This document shows positions 53,593-64,000 of a stretch of DNA of 64,000 bases, piece after piece. Source of the DNA: Tubiluchus corallicola. Lineage: Eukaryota > Animalia > Priapulida. The stretch spans positions 1 to 64,000 of the forward strand of contig JAQGDQ010000603.1 in NCBI GenBank assembly GCA_030141605.1, written 5' to 3'. How positions within the stretch are numbered: position 1 is the stretch's first letter; every line of letters starts with the position of its first letter. The position numbers were made by a program, and so were the translations under genes. Under the pieces are notes generated by a model that worked only from the letters and a program-made list of their open reading frames with translations, searched no databases and was not told where the DNA came from.

Positions 53593-54550
53593 AGAAATGT
53601 TCAACTGAGTGCTGTGCTCAGTTGACTTTAAATTGAGCTGTTTGTAGAATACATATTAGTTAATGTAGCTTGTGTTTGATACTAATAATGGTACATGCAA
53701 TCATTTCGTCCTGTTGATCAGGTAAACCATTCTATGTATATTTTCTAGTCCAGTTATACTGTGATTTATGAGGTGCATATATAATTTACATGTTTAAAGT
53801 ATGAAGAAACTTTGTAAGTGTGATTACAGCATTGTTTAATTATTTGTTTAGGAATTTTTCTTTATTGTTTATGTAAAGTCCGAGTGTAGTATTTACAACA
53901 ACTGTGTCACTATTGGCAAATCTACTGTTTAGTATTTTGCAAATACATGGAAGAAAAACAATATTCATTGTTTCTGCATAATGTGTTCGCATAGCTAAAA
54001 ATAAAGCTTTTATTATAAAAATAACTATTAAAAGCATATACATCATTTACAAAAAGCATATACATGGAACATCAACAGACCCACGGCTAAACAATTTGTA
54101 CAAGTAATCAATCATCACAGTAAAGGCACGATGCAGCAACGCTGTCTTATGCAGCGGTTCAGATGTATTAGAGAAAGTCAACAGACAACAGACAAAACTT
54201 CTATTCTTTAAAAACCCCTTTCCTTCATTAGCAAGTAATATTTTGTTATACGTACCAATGTTTATCTTGACAGTGAGAATACCATCCAGTGTACAAATCA
54301 CGGTATTAGGATTTACGCTTAATCAACAGGATTTATTGTTAAACACTGTTGTACGACTTTGATACTCCTATGCAATATTTAATAAAAATAAATAAATTTC
54401 GTATTAATCAGTTTCAGCCATTTTTTCCAAGCCAAACTGCTTTATAAATTTACGCAGCAGCTTACGACAATCATAACAGTATTTTCCAATTTTTAGCTTT
54501 AAAGCCTCTTGCTTCAAACATCGTAAACAAGGGTCAGCTTCACAAAAAAG

Positions 54551-54901
54551 TCACGACTGGGTCTGTTCGTCTCCTTCAGAACCACTAGGTTGTTCTGATG
54601 GCACAGATGCTGATTGCTTTGCATCCTTCACCGATTCAACAAAATTTTCAGGTGCGATTTCTGTCACTGATTCAGCCGTGCTTGTATCAGTTTGTTGGTG
54701 TGTTTCTTCTCCGCTAGAATTAACTTCACCTTGCGCATGCAACTGATCACTTAACTTGAAATTACTCTGAGAAAATCCATCAGCATGTGTGTCTGAGCCA
54801 TCTTGCATGGAAAAATAGTCTTCCGTGTGGAAAATTTCGGGCGGCCTGTAAGTTCTGAGGTCTTTGGGAGTTTGTTTGGAAGCACCACTCGTGTTTTTCT
54901 T
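54551..54901 (-). CDS. BLOC1S4: BLOC-1 subunit 4 (cappuccino), coding exon 5/5
   Basis: TTTTAG acceptor, phase 0; YRPPEIFHTEDYF matches the conserved cappuccino C-terminal motif (YxxPxxFxTEDYF), followed by an acidic tail to TGA. Confidence 0.88.
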   Translation of the reverse strand, partial: KKNTSGASKQTPKDLRTYRPPEIFHTEDYFSMQDGSDTHADGFSQSNFKLSDQLHAQGEVNSSGEETHQQTDTSTAESVTEIAPENFVESVKDAKQSASVPSEQPSGSEGDEQTQS

Positions 54902-55163
54902 CTAAAATCCAAACAGATGCTAATTTACACCTCAGTAGAATTTGCTCGTATTTCTATAGTATTCATTCACCTTCATAAAATAACTCAAAATTCACCGCAT
55001 TTTAGACTGTACATAACAATTTTTATACACTTGTTTAGATCACAATCAAAGATAACATGCTCAAGCATTACAACACAAAATATAAATTTGACAAAATGTT
55101 TCAAGTTGTCAATGTTGCAAAATTTTAATATTCGACATTCATAACTACGATGATAAATGTAAA

Positions 55164-55829
55164 TGTGAGCTTGCATAACAAAATCGTCCATAAGTTGGCA
55201 ATTAAGCTTTTCTAGTTATTCACACATCCAGAATCTCCATTTCATGAGGATCAATTTGATACCAAGCTCATCGCTCTATTTCATTTCTAAAGTGAGATAA
55301 TCCACATTGAAGTTGAGGTGCAGTCTGTGCAGTGAAAAACATAAACTGGAGAAAATCACTGTTAAAGTCAGCCATTGCTTTTTGTCGCGTCTCTACAAAA
55401 CACTTAGCAACCGTATGAAAGTCTGGTTGCTATGGATTTTACAAGAGCAAATTGAAGTTATGTTTAAATCCAGTAGATGACTGTTCCTGATAAAGATTTA
55501 GGCTTGACAACAGAAAAAAAACCCGAAGCAAAATGACTGCTTCCACAAGCTGCAATTGGAGTTTGAAAATACAAGTTTTTTTGCAATTGCAGTACTAGTT
55601 TCTAGGCAGAGAAATGGGCACGGGGTTATAAAATAGATTTTTAAGTATTTTTTGACATTCTCTTGATAATTCGCTGCTAGAATATAAAAGTTCAATATAT
55701 TTAGTGTTTGTTTTTATAAAAAAACGAAAAGTAACATTAGACCAAAATTTTGGTGCATTCTACTTTGAAGCATCATGACGTTGTTTTAACTCTGCTGACT
55801 TATGGACGGTCTTGGTAAGCAAGCTCACA
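55164..55829 (+). mobile_element. TIR element family 5, copy a
   Basis: Imperfect ~37-bp TIR TGTGAGCTTGC..CGTCCATAAGT(T/C)(G/A)GCA. Confidence 0.82.
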
Positions 55830-56356
55830 AATTATGATTGGCAATTCACGGATGATAATTCAGCTTTTGTTTATGAAATGAAATTCTGAATTTCATCAAG
55901 CAAAACAGACATTTCAAAGCCTATTATGGACTCTTCAGTGTTTTAACAGGCTTCTGAGCAGCAATGTGCAACTTATTATAGAAACAGATCAAACAACTCC
56001 TGAAACCCTGTCTACCAAAACACACGAGCCTCATTTATGACCTTGATAAAACCAGAGGGAACGAGGTCAATAGGGAGGCTTACATGATTTGGTGGGTAGA
56101 GCGACAAGAGTTAGTTTTGATCTGTTTGCATACGAGTTGCATATTGCCATTTAAAAGACCAGTTAAAACACTGAAGCAGGAGCCCAAAATGGGCTTCACA
56201 ATATCTGTTTTGCTTGTTGACATTTGGAATTTGATGTAATAAAGAAAAGCTGGACTGAGATCCGGGGACCCATCAATCATATTTATATTTTGGTTAGGGT
56301 TATAGTCCTTAAAGAACGATAGGAAAACAGAAATCACAAAAAAGATGCTAGCTTAC

Positions 56357-56488
56357 TGAGAAAAACGATGGTAAAGGCACGGAACTCAAGAGCTTCTTCA
56401 CAGAGCTAAATGATCCAAAATCACTTTCTGCCTTGTCAATGTGCTCCTCTAGCTGCTCCAAACTTCGGTTAACTATTTTGATAAACAT
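56357..56488 (-). CDS. BLOC1S4: BLOC1S4 coding exon 4/5
   Basis: TTTTAG / GTAAGC, phase 0-0; MFIKIVNRSLEQLEEHIDKAESDFGSFSSVKKLLSSVPLPSFFS. Confidence 0.9.
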
Positions 56489-56589
56489 CTAAAATAAGAA
56501 TTTCTATTTAGTTTTAAGTGATATATAGTTAAAGCATAAGAAAATAATCTACTTGCATCAAGCTCAAAATATTCATCTTGAAATTTTAT

Positions 56590-57310
56590 ACCACTTACAT
56601 GCGGCCTTTTTGCGTGCAGGGCTTATGTTGGCAGTAATGCTGAATAAAACTTGTAAAGTTAAACTCACGCGATGACCGTTACATGCAGGCATTTTCACGA
56701 CAGGTCATTTGAAACAAGTTTAAATAACATTAAGTAAAGTTTGAAAAAATAATCACAGCATTCGTTGCGCACAAGTCTCTAACTAAATAAAATTTGAAAT
56801 TACTGTATCTTGTCAATAAGATTAAAAATACGTTTTTGGTTAGTGAGTGGCGCACCTTGGAGGGTGATTCAGCGACATTTTACCAATTGGGACAAACATT
56901 TTAAATGATTAGTCTATGTGGTTTAAAGCACAAGAAAACCCTCCACTTACATAAAGCAGGGCTTGCATCGGCCGTAATGCTGTATAAAACGTGTAAATTT
57001 AAACTCCTGTGTTAGACGCAGCCATTTTGACAATAAGTCATTTGAAACAAGTTTAGATGGAATTGCGTGGAATTTGAAAAAATAATCAGAGCAACCGTAG
57101 CGCACATGTTACTAACTAAGCGAATTTTTAGTTACTGCATCTTGTCAATAAGATTAAAAATACATTTTTGGTTTTTGGTGAGTGGTGCACTCTGGAGGGC
57201 GAGCCAGCAACATTTTAGCCATTGGCACGAACATTTTAATTTATTATTTCTAGTTACATAAGTCTTTCCAGCTAGTAAGAGAAATGCTGAGTAATAAAAC
57301 TTTGCATACA
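56590..57310 (-). mobile_element. element family 3, inverted and internally tandem-duplicated fragment
   Basis: Two ~340-bp diverged direct units (GCAGGGCTT..GTAATGCTG..TCTTGTCAATAAGATTAAAAATAC) complementary to family 3. Confidence 0.7.
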
Positions 57311-57611
57311 AAAATGTTGAAAGAGGATTCCACAAAGAAACGGTAACCAGAAAAAAGGAAAAGAAGTCGCTGGGAATGTTTACCCAACATTTCAATATAA
57401 GCAGTACGAAGTAAGTGGAAAGAACAGTGTGCCAAAGACGGAAGTTGTACATAATGGACAATCAATACTAAAAAGAATCAAACTAATACAAAATAAACAA
57501 AAACAAAACACTTGTGGAAATATTTCAAGAAGTACAATAGTAATGAGTCAAAAATTACTGTAAGATCAAACGGAACAAAGTCTATACAATATGTAAAAAA
57601 AATAAATTTAC

Positions 57612-57713
57612 CTCAAGCTGATCAATTTGATTAAAGATCTTGCACATTTCACCTTGTTTAGTTAAAATTCTGCTAGCCGTGTCTTCGAAACTTAGCGTAG
57701 TGTCGCTCTTCAC
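57612..57713 (-). CDS. BLOC1S4: BLOC1S4 coding exon 3/5
   Basis: TTACAG / GTAAAT, phase 0-0; VKSDTTLSFEDTASRILTKQGEMCKIFNQIDQLE. Confidence 0.9.
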
Positions 57714-57786
57714 CTGTAAATATGTATGACAGTAGTTTTTATATGATGAGACAGGTAATGTAATGTATTTAGAAGTTTAGCTAAAG

Positions 57787-58261
57787 CAGGGGTGTGCAAA
57801 TTGCGGCCCAGCAAGAGAATTTGGGCGGCCCGCAAAGAGATTTGTCAACCTAATGAAAGTGCGGCCCAGGCGATTAATTGAGTGTATCCAGCTGAAGTCT
57901 GTATCCCAAAGATAGTGCGGGTAGCTTTTTCTACTAGATCGGATGCCATTAACCCTTACAAGACGGTTGTAGGTTAATGTCACTGTACTATACAGACTGT
58001 GTGATACACATTACTAATATGCATTGTAATGAAATTACCACTATCTGTCCTAAACGTAGAAATATATGGTTTGTAATATAAATTTTATAACTTCTAAAAT
58101 AGTTTCTTGAGTGTAGTAGTAATGATGTACGCAGGTCGGATGCAAAAAAATCATTATTAGACCTTTCTGTACTTGGCTCCTTGATCAAACTGCCTGTGGC
58201 ACGCAGGAATTGCGGGAAAGTTTAATATAGCCCGGTTAGTCAGATAATTTGCACACCTCTG
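57787..58261. mobile_element. hAT (Charlie-like) MITE
   Basis: CAGGGGTGTGCAAATT..AATTTGCACACCTCTG; 8-bp TSD AGCTAAAG / AACTAAAG. Confidence 0.85.
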
Positions 58262-58775
58262 AACTAAAGTAATATAAAACCAAAAAGTAAGAGTTACAAC
58301 TGAAACAGTAACACCAATCATTTTACTCATCTGCTGGTACTGCTTTTGTCATACGCTCACTTCGCACTACAAGAACAATTTCCTGTATACGCATATCGTA
58401 TCCTGCAGACCATGGCTTTGATATTGGTCAAAATACCTAGTTAAATGTCCTTACTAACTACTGAAAAATGAGATACCAAAAGGTATTCTAAACATACAAC
58501 AGTTAGATTGTAGCTGAATGTTGTATCTGGTATTTAGTTTGCATCAAAAGTGGAACAGTTGTAATAATAAAGTTCCTATAATTCTGTTTTAGATTGACAA
58601 GCAAAATATATGAATTAATTATTAAACTCAGGCCTAAAATAATTAATACTTCATTTTCCTTGTTTTTTTCTTTTTTCTTTTTTTTGTCATATTCAATGAT
58701 CAATCAATGTATCATTGTCTTATATATCTTTTGAATTAATTTTTTGACAAACTTTGATTTTTAAGATGCATGTGA

Positions 58776-59439
58776 TGTGTGATTGCAAACCAAAACCATC
58801 CATAAGTTGGCATAGTTAAAACTACGTTATGATGCTTCATAGTAGAAAGCACCAAAATTTTTGTCAAATGTCGATTTTTTATATGAAAACAAATGCCAAA
58901 TTTATTGGACTTTTATATTGCAACACCAAATTATCAGGAAAATGTCCAAAAAACACTAAAAATCTAATTTTATAACTCCTTACCCACTTTTCGGTCTAGA
59001 AACTAGTACTGAAATTGTAAAAAAACTTGTATTTTGAACTTCAATTGTAGCTCGGGTTTATTCTGTTGACAAGACCAGATCTTCGTCAGGAAGAGCCATC
59101 TACTGGATTTAAACGTAACTTCAAATTGCTCTTGTAAAATCCATAACAACCAGACTTCCTAATTGTTTCGTAGAGATGTGACAAAAACAATGGCTGACTT
59201 TAACAGTGATTTTCTCAAGATTACGTTTTTCAGTGCGTAGCCTGCACCTCAACTTCAACGTGGATTATCTCATCTTGGAAATAACATAGAGCAATGAACT
59301 TGGTATCAAAATTATCCTCATGAAATGGATATTCGGGATGTGAATAACTAGAAAAGCTGATTCTAGTTACATAACTAGAAAATGACTAGAAAAATAACTA
59401 ATTGCTGACTTATGGACGATTTTGCTATGCAAGCACACA
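58776..59439 (-). mobile_element. TIR element family 5, copy b (inverted)
   Basis: Body is the reverse complement of 55164-55829. Confidence 0.82.
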
Positions 59440-59998
59440 TATACAAAATAGAAAGAAAGTACATTTAGACATAAACATTGAAACAGGAACAAAATTTATA
59501 ACCCATAAATATATAACACATAAGAAACTATTCGCGTGCCTGTAATTTAAATTATGCATTACAAATGAATTTTTTTAACATTATAATTTAGAACAATTTT
59601 AATACTGATAATAACGAGTGATTAGTGATCTTGAATTGGTGGGATTTTTCTAGTAAGGTGCCCGAGTCTCAGTTTTTTAATTCCCAAATGATAAGATCTC
59701 ATATGAATGGTGCAATTTACTCTCGAAATAAAAAAAATTGTTATTTATTGATCAGTAATTGAAAATCTATCCCTCACTTGTTGACTATTTTGGTAGACGA
59801 AGCGAAACAATGCGATATTGCTAAGCAGGCTTTAAGACTATATCTAAATACCTGGTACAACTCGTACAAATAGCTAAGCTTTATTATGAAAACATTTGTT
59901 CTCCCAGGTATAACTCTACGTTGTATTATTCAAATTCAGTACGAGTAAAATTGGATATATAAATACGAGTAAAATTAGATATATATATAAATAGTTAC

Positions 59999-60070
59999 CA
60001 TATCGATTAGAGCAGAAAATTCTTCTATCCTTGTTAGCAACTCCTCGATTGTGTTGTGCAGTTGCTTCTT
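59999..60070 (-). CDS. BLOC1S4: BLOC1S4 coding exon 2/5
   Basis: TTACAG / GTAACT, phase 0-0; KKQLHNTIEELLTRIEEFSALIDM resembles cappuccino LEDLLTRVDEFxxMLDM. Confidence 0.9.
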
Positions 60071-60141
60071 CTGTAATAAATATGAAAAAGACGTTAATGT
60101 AAATAAATCTACGTGTTAATTTGCTATTTCTGACACGTTAT

Positions 60142-61077
60142 CAAAATCGTCCATAAGTTGGCAATTAAGCTTTTCTAGTTATTCACGTATCCTGAACCTC
60201 CATTTCATGAGAATCATTTTGATACCAAGTTCATCACTCTATGTTATTTCTAAGCTGAGATAATCCACGTTGAAGTTGATGTGCAGCAGATATAGTTTGT
60301 TTAAAAGTTACTTAACGTTTAAAAAATAACTCAAACCCTAGTTGTAAAATCACCTTATTCAGATTGGCAACGATACTTCCCTGGAGTCCAAATAACCATT
60401 TTCGTTGCAGTACTTAAACGAATTTAGTCGTGTAATACATGGTTAGACAGCCCATGAAATTCTCTATCTAACCGTATATAGTTTGTTAATAGGTAACTTA
60501 ACGTTTAAAAAATAACTCAAACCCTAGTTGTAAAATCGCCGTATTCGGACTTGCAACGATAATGAGAATGACAATGAACTCTGATGTCAGTTGATGTTAC
60601 ACACTGAAAAACATAATCTTGATAAAATTGCAGTAAAGTTAGCCATTGTTTTTTGTCGTGTTTCTACAAAACACTTAACAACAGTACAAATGTTGGTTGC
60701 AAGAACATAATGATGTCATATTTAAATATAGTAGATGGCTCTTTCTGACAAAGAACTGAGCTTGGCAGAAGAAAAACCAGAAGCAAAATGATTGCTTCCG
60801 TGAGCTATAATCAGAGTTTGAAACATTTTTCTCTATTGTAATACTAGCTTCTACACACAAAAGTGAGGATGGGGTTATAAAATGATATTTTTAGTATTTT
60901 TTAAACATTTTCTCGACAATTTGATGTTAGAATATTAAAGTCCAATACATTTAGGATTTGCTTTATAAAAAACAGAAAACTGAAATTTGATCAAATTTTT
61001 GGTGCATTCTACTTTGAGGCATCATAACATATTTTAAACAGGTCTACTTATGGACGATTTTCGCTTGCAAGCACATA
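60142..61077 (+). mobile_element. TIR element family 5, copy c, with ~310-bp nested insert (~60287-60597)
   Basis: Collinear with copy a; the insert carries a direct repeat TATAGTTTGTT..CCCTAGTTGTAAAATC..GCAACGATA. Confidence 0.8.
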
Positions 61078-61231
61078 TATATATATATTAGATTTATATA
61101 ATACATTTATACATTTCACAGACATTATGTCAGTGAAATAACAGATGTTCCACAGGAAGTAATCCGAAACAACATTATTAAAAAACACAATATTACCACA
61201 AAAAATTATTTGAAGTTAACTATGAATTTAC

Positions 61232-61411
61232 TTCACTAAGAAGATCAACGTCAAGGTATTCACTGTAGTCACCGCACATTGCACAAAGAGCTTCCAGTCC
61301 TCCTGCATCTGTTTTTGCAGGTTCTGGAGAATCTAATGATTTGGTTGCAGGTTTTTCTCCTTCCGCACTCGATTCTAGCACTTCCACAGCAACTTCTACA
61401 TTTTTATCCAT
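61232..61411 (-). CDS. BLOC1S4: BLOC1S4 coding exon 1/5 (preceded by an acceptor, so an upstream exon exists)
   Basis: TTTTAG|AC ATG GAT..; MDKNVEVAVE..ALCAMCGDYSEYLDVDLLSE; GTAAAT donor, phase 0. Confidence 0.82.
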
Positions 61412-62344
61412 GTCTAAAATAGAAAGGAAGCACATTTAAACAAAAGGCATTGAATATTGAAAAAAACAGCAAAATTTATAATCCATAATTTGTCGCAGAT
61501 GCGAGCATTTAACTTACAGTTTATTAATAATTTTGATTTGTAGTTTTAAACTTTTTGTTATTCACCACCACTAAGTCAGTGCTGACATCTGTTTGTACCC
61601 TTGGAAGTTTCCAACGTACGTATGTACTTGCTACTGCTATATGTTTGTATACAACTGGGTCACTTGGCTTCTCTATGAATAACTACTACTCTTGACTTGG
61701 TAGCAAGATGAGAGGACAAGCAATAGGCTTAAACAGTTGTTTTGATTGTAACGTTGAGACTCAGGCGCCACGATATATTGGCTGATGTATTTACTTTAAC
61801 ATTTGTACTACTGTTGATTATGTTTACAATTTTCGTGTATATGTGGATTGACAATGAGACTATGATTTCGAATACATTACATATCGCAAAGTTAAACCAT
61901 GTTTTCATTCAGTGATTTCATCTGTTTAACACAAACATTGCAACGACAAAAACAGTCTGATAAACCTACCAATGTCGGTTGTTAGCTCTCCCCAAAACAC
62001 CTCAGCGACAACTTTAGTGTCACGATATAATTTATGGACACAATTCAGTAAGCAAAACCGCAATCAACTTATGAAATTTTTCCCCTTAAGTATAAAATCA
62101 AATACAGATTAACAATATTTAAAACACAACCCAAAAACAAACTGCTCAATCATAAAAGTCCCGCATATAAAAACAATAAAGTAGAATTCATCAAAGGAGA
62201 ATATAAAATACACAAAACACTCTAGACTCATAATATAAGTGTCTATACCATAGAAACATATGACTCATATGGAAACTTACATGCAAAAAAGTAACAAAAA
62301 GCATCAAAAATTATTAGAAATCACCGTCTCTCATGTCCTATAAG

Positions 62345-62346
<2 letters not shown>

Positions 62347-62395
<49 letters not shown>

Positions 62396-62435
62396 TATAG
62401 ATACATAATTCTATATATATATATATAGATAGATA
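62347..62435. repeat. (TA)n microsatellite
   Basis: Seen directly. Confidence 0.95.
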
Positions 62436-64000
62436 TTTCATACACCATTTTTAGTCAGACACATGCCAATATTTTATAAAAAATTCAATTGATCATTTAT
62501 TATATCTGTAATACCAGTTTTCAATAATAATAATACTTCACATAAATATTTAATTGTTATCATTTATACCATCAGGTCATCACGTATATAAATTTGAAGC
62601 TATGAAAATTAGTATTTTAATATTTTTAATCCTCACAGACTGGTTAAACATTGATTTAATGTATGATGTAATTTGTTTTACTCTGTACTAGTGTATTATT
62701 TTTGCAATAAAGATTTTTATACATATTATGTATAACAATCTCTTCATGAGGTTGTTATTTAAATTACACGATGTGTACAATATGCAATTACTGTCAATTA
62801 TAATCAGTAATAAAGTGAAGATTCCTATAGGTCAACAAAAAAGATGCTGCCCTACAGTAATGCGATATGATAGTTACTGACCGTTGTTGCTTGGTGTCAG
62901 TGTGGACACAGCTTAACCCCAAAAGGCAGCAAATTCTGAAGGCTAATATTTTTCTTGTAAAGGATGGAATGTGGTAGACTGCTGCCCAAGCTCAGCACTA
63001 AGCGTAGTTACTCAGGTCTGTTCATTTCACTTTTACGGCCATGCAAAAACGTTGTAGAAAAGTTTAACAGTCGGGGGATTGGGGTTGCTTCACAGCAAGT
63101 AATGGTTACCAGCCAATCAGCATCTGAAGACTGGTACTTTCCATAATATTGTACAGGATAGTACATTATCACGCAAAATCACTTGATGATGATTGGTGAA
63201 AGGTATGTTTAGTCACTTATTCTACAAACTTATAAAATAATTGCATGTTATGGTTTAGTGACAGGACTTTTGTGAAAATTAGCTTGTAAATATAATCATG
63301 TGCTTATTTGCGTGGGTGTGCAAGTGCATGCGTGCGTGAGTGTATGTATGTACGCGCATGTGTATAAATAAAACTAATATTGAATATTATTAGTGTTTAA
63401 TAACAAATGGCCATTTGTTTATGCACAAGATTGTGTTTCAGTAACACAAAAAAGAAGTTCTTGTCAAATTTCCAAAAGCCAATGCGGGCCTGTTAAAAAG
63501 CAACTACGGAGTATATGGGTTAAAATTGTTGACATTCTCGTTACAAGATTAAATGATCAATGCTGATTAAATAAGATGTATTTAAAAATTTATCATAAGC
63601 TCTGTCTAAAAAAGCTTTTATTACATGATTAGTCCGACAGAAAATTTTTAAAATATCAAATATTCTTACACAAAGTACACACAAAATTACATGGAAAAAG
63701 TTTTCGATATTCGGCTTCAAAAATTTGGAATAAGCTGCCAAATCGTATGTACATATCCACTAGCTATAATGAGTTCTTAGGACATATGTAGATGCTCTAC
63801 TTGGGTTACCTAATTTGTGTTATTTAATTATCAGTACTCTGTATCTCCAATTATTTTTTTGCAAACTATCATGAACGATTTTGGTGATTAATTTAACAGA
63901 GTTATTATTTTAGTGGATCGATTTTATTATACTTTGGCATTCTTAACTTCGGATAATCTTTTTCAAATTTTCAGAAGAGGTGATCACATTTTTAATGTTT

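Noticed and set aside
53800-54400. SECIS element that would make the BLOC1S4 TGA a selenocysteine
   Set aside because: I found no ATGA..AA..GA kink-turn stem by eye, and the TGA is not in a redox motif; a SECISearch run is still needed.
62963-63202. Plus-strand exon-like segment (AG..GTATGT)
   Set aside because: Stops in all three frames and no recognisable product.

Overview
AT-rich, intron-containing animal (invertebrate metazoan) genomic DNA, not prokaryotic; I cannot name the species. Four spliced genes can be assembled by hand with GT-AG sites and consistent phases. (1) The 5' part of a FREM2/ECM3-type basement-membrane gene (- strand): a 4.9-kb first coding exon at 13564-18487 and a 90-bp exon at 727-816, continuing off the left edge. 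(2) A signal peptide-CUB-LDLa-TM receptor (- strand, 26596-32337, ~422 aa). (3) A divergently transcribed signal peptide-3xCUB-LDLa-TM receptor with PPxY/NPxY tail motifs (+ strand, 35657-51090, ~878 aa). (4) BLOC1S4/cappuccino (- strand, 54551-61411, ~278 aa). The rest is MITEs (Kolobok-, piggyBac-, hAT- and Tc1/pogo-like ends), LINE remnants, microsatellites and many minisatellites. Best leads: a protein-like CxxC..CxxC in-frame extension behind the UGA-C stop of BLOC1S4 (candidate readthrough); inverted MITE copies bracketing BLOC1S4 phase-0 exons; the head-to-head pair of uncharacterised CUB-LDLa receptors; a 2.3-kb two-unit satellite probably inside a 3'UTR; and a possible nested antisense (pseudo)gene in the FREM intron. 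All coordinates were read by eye and no searches were run.
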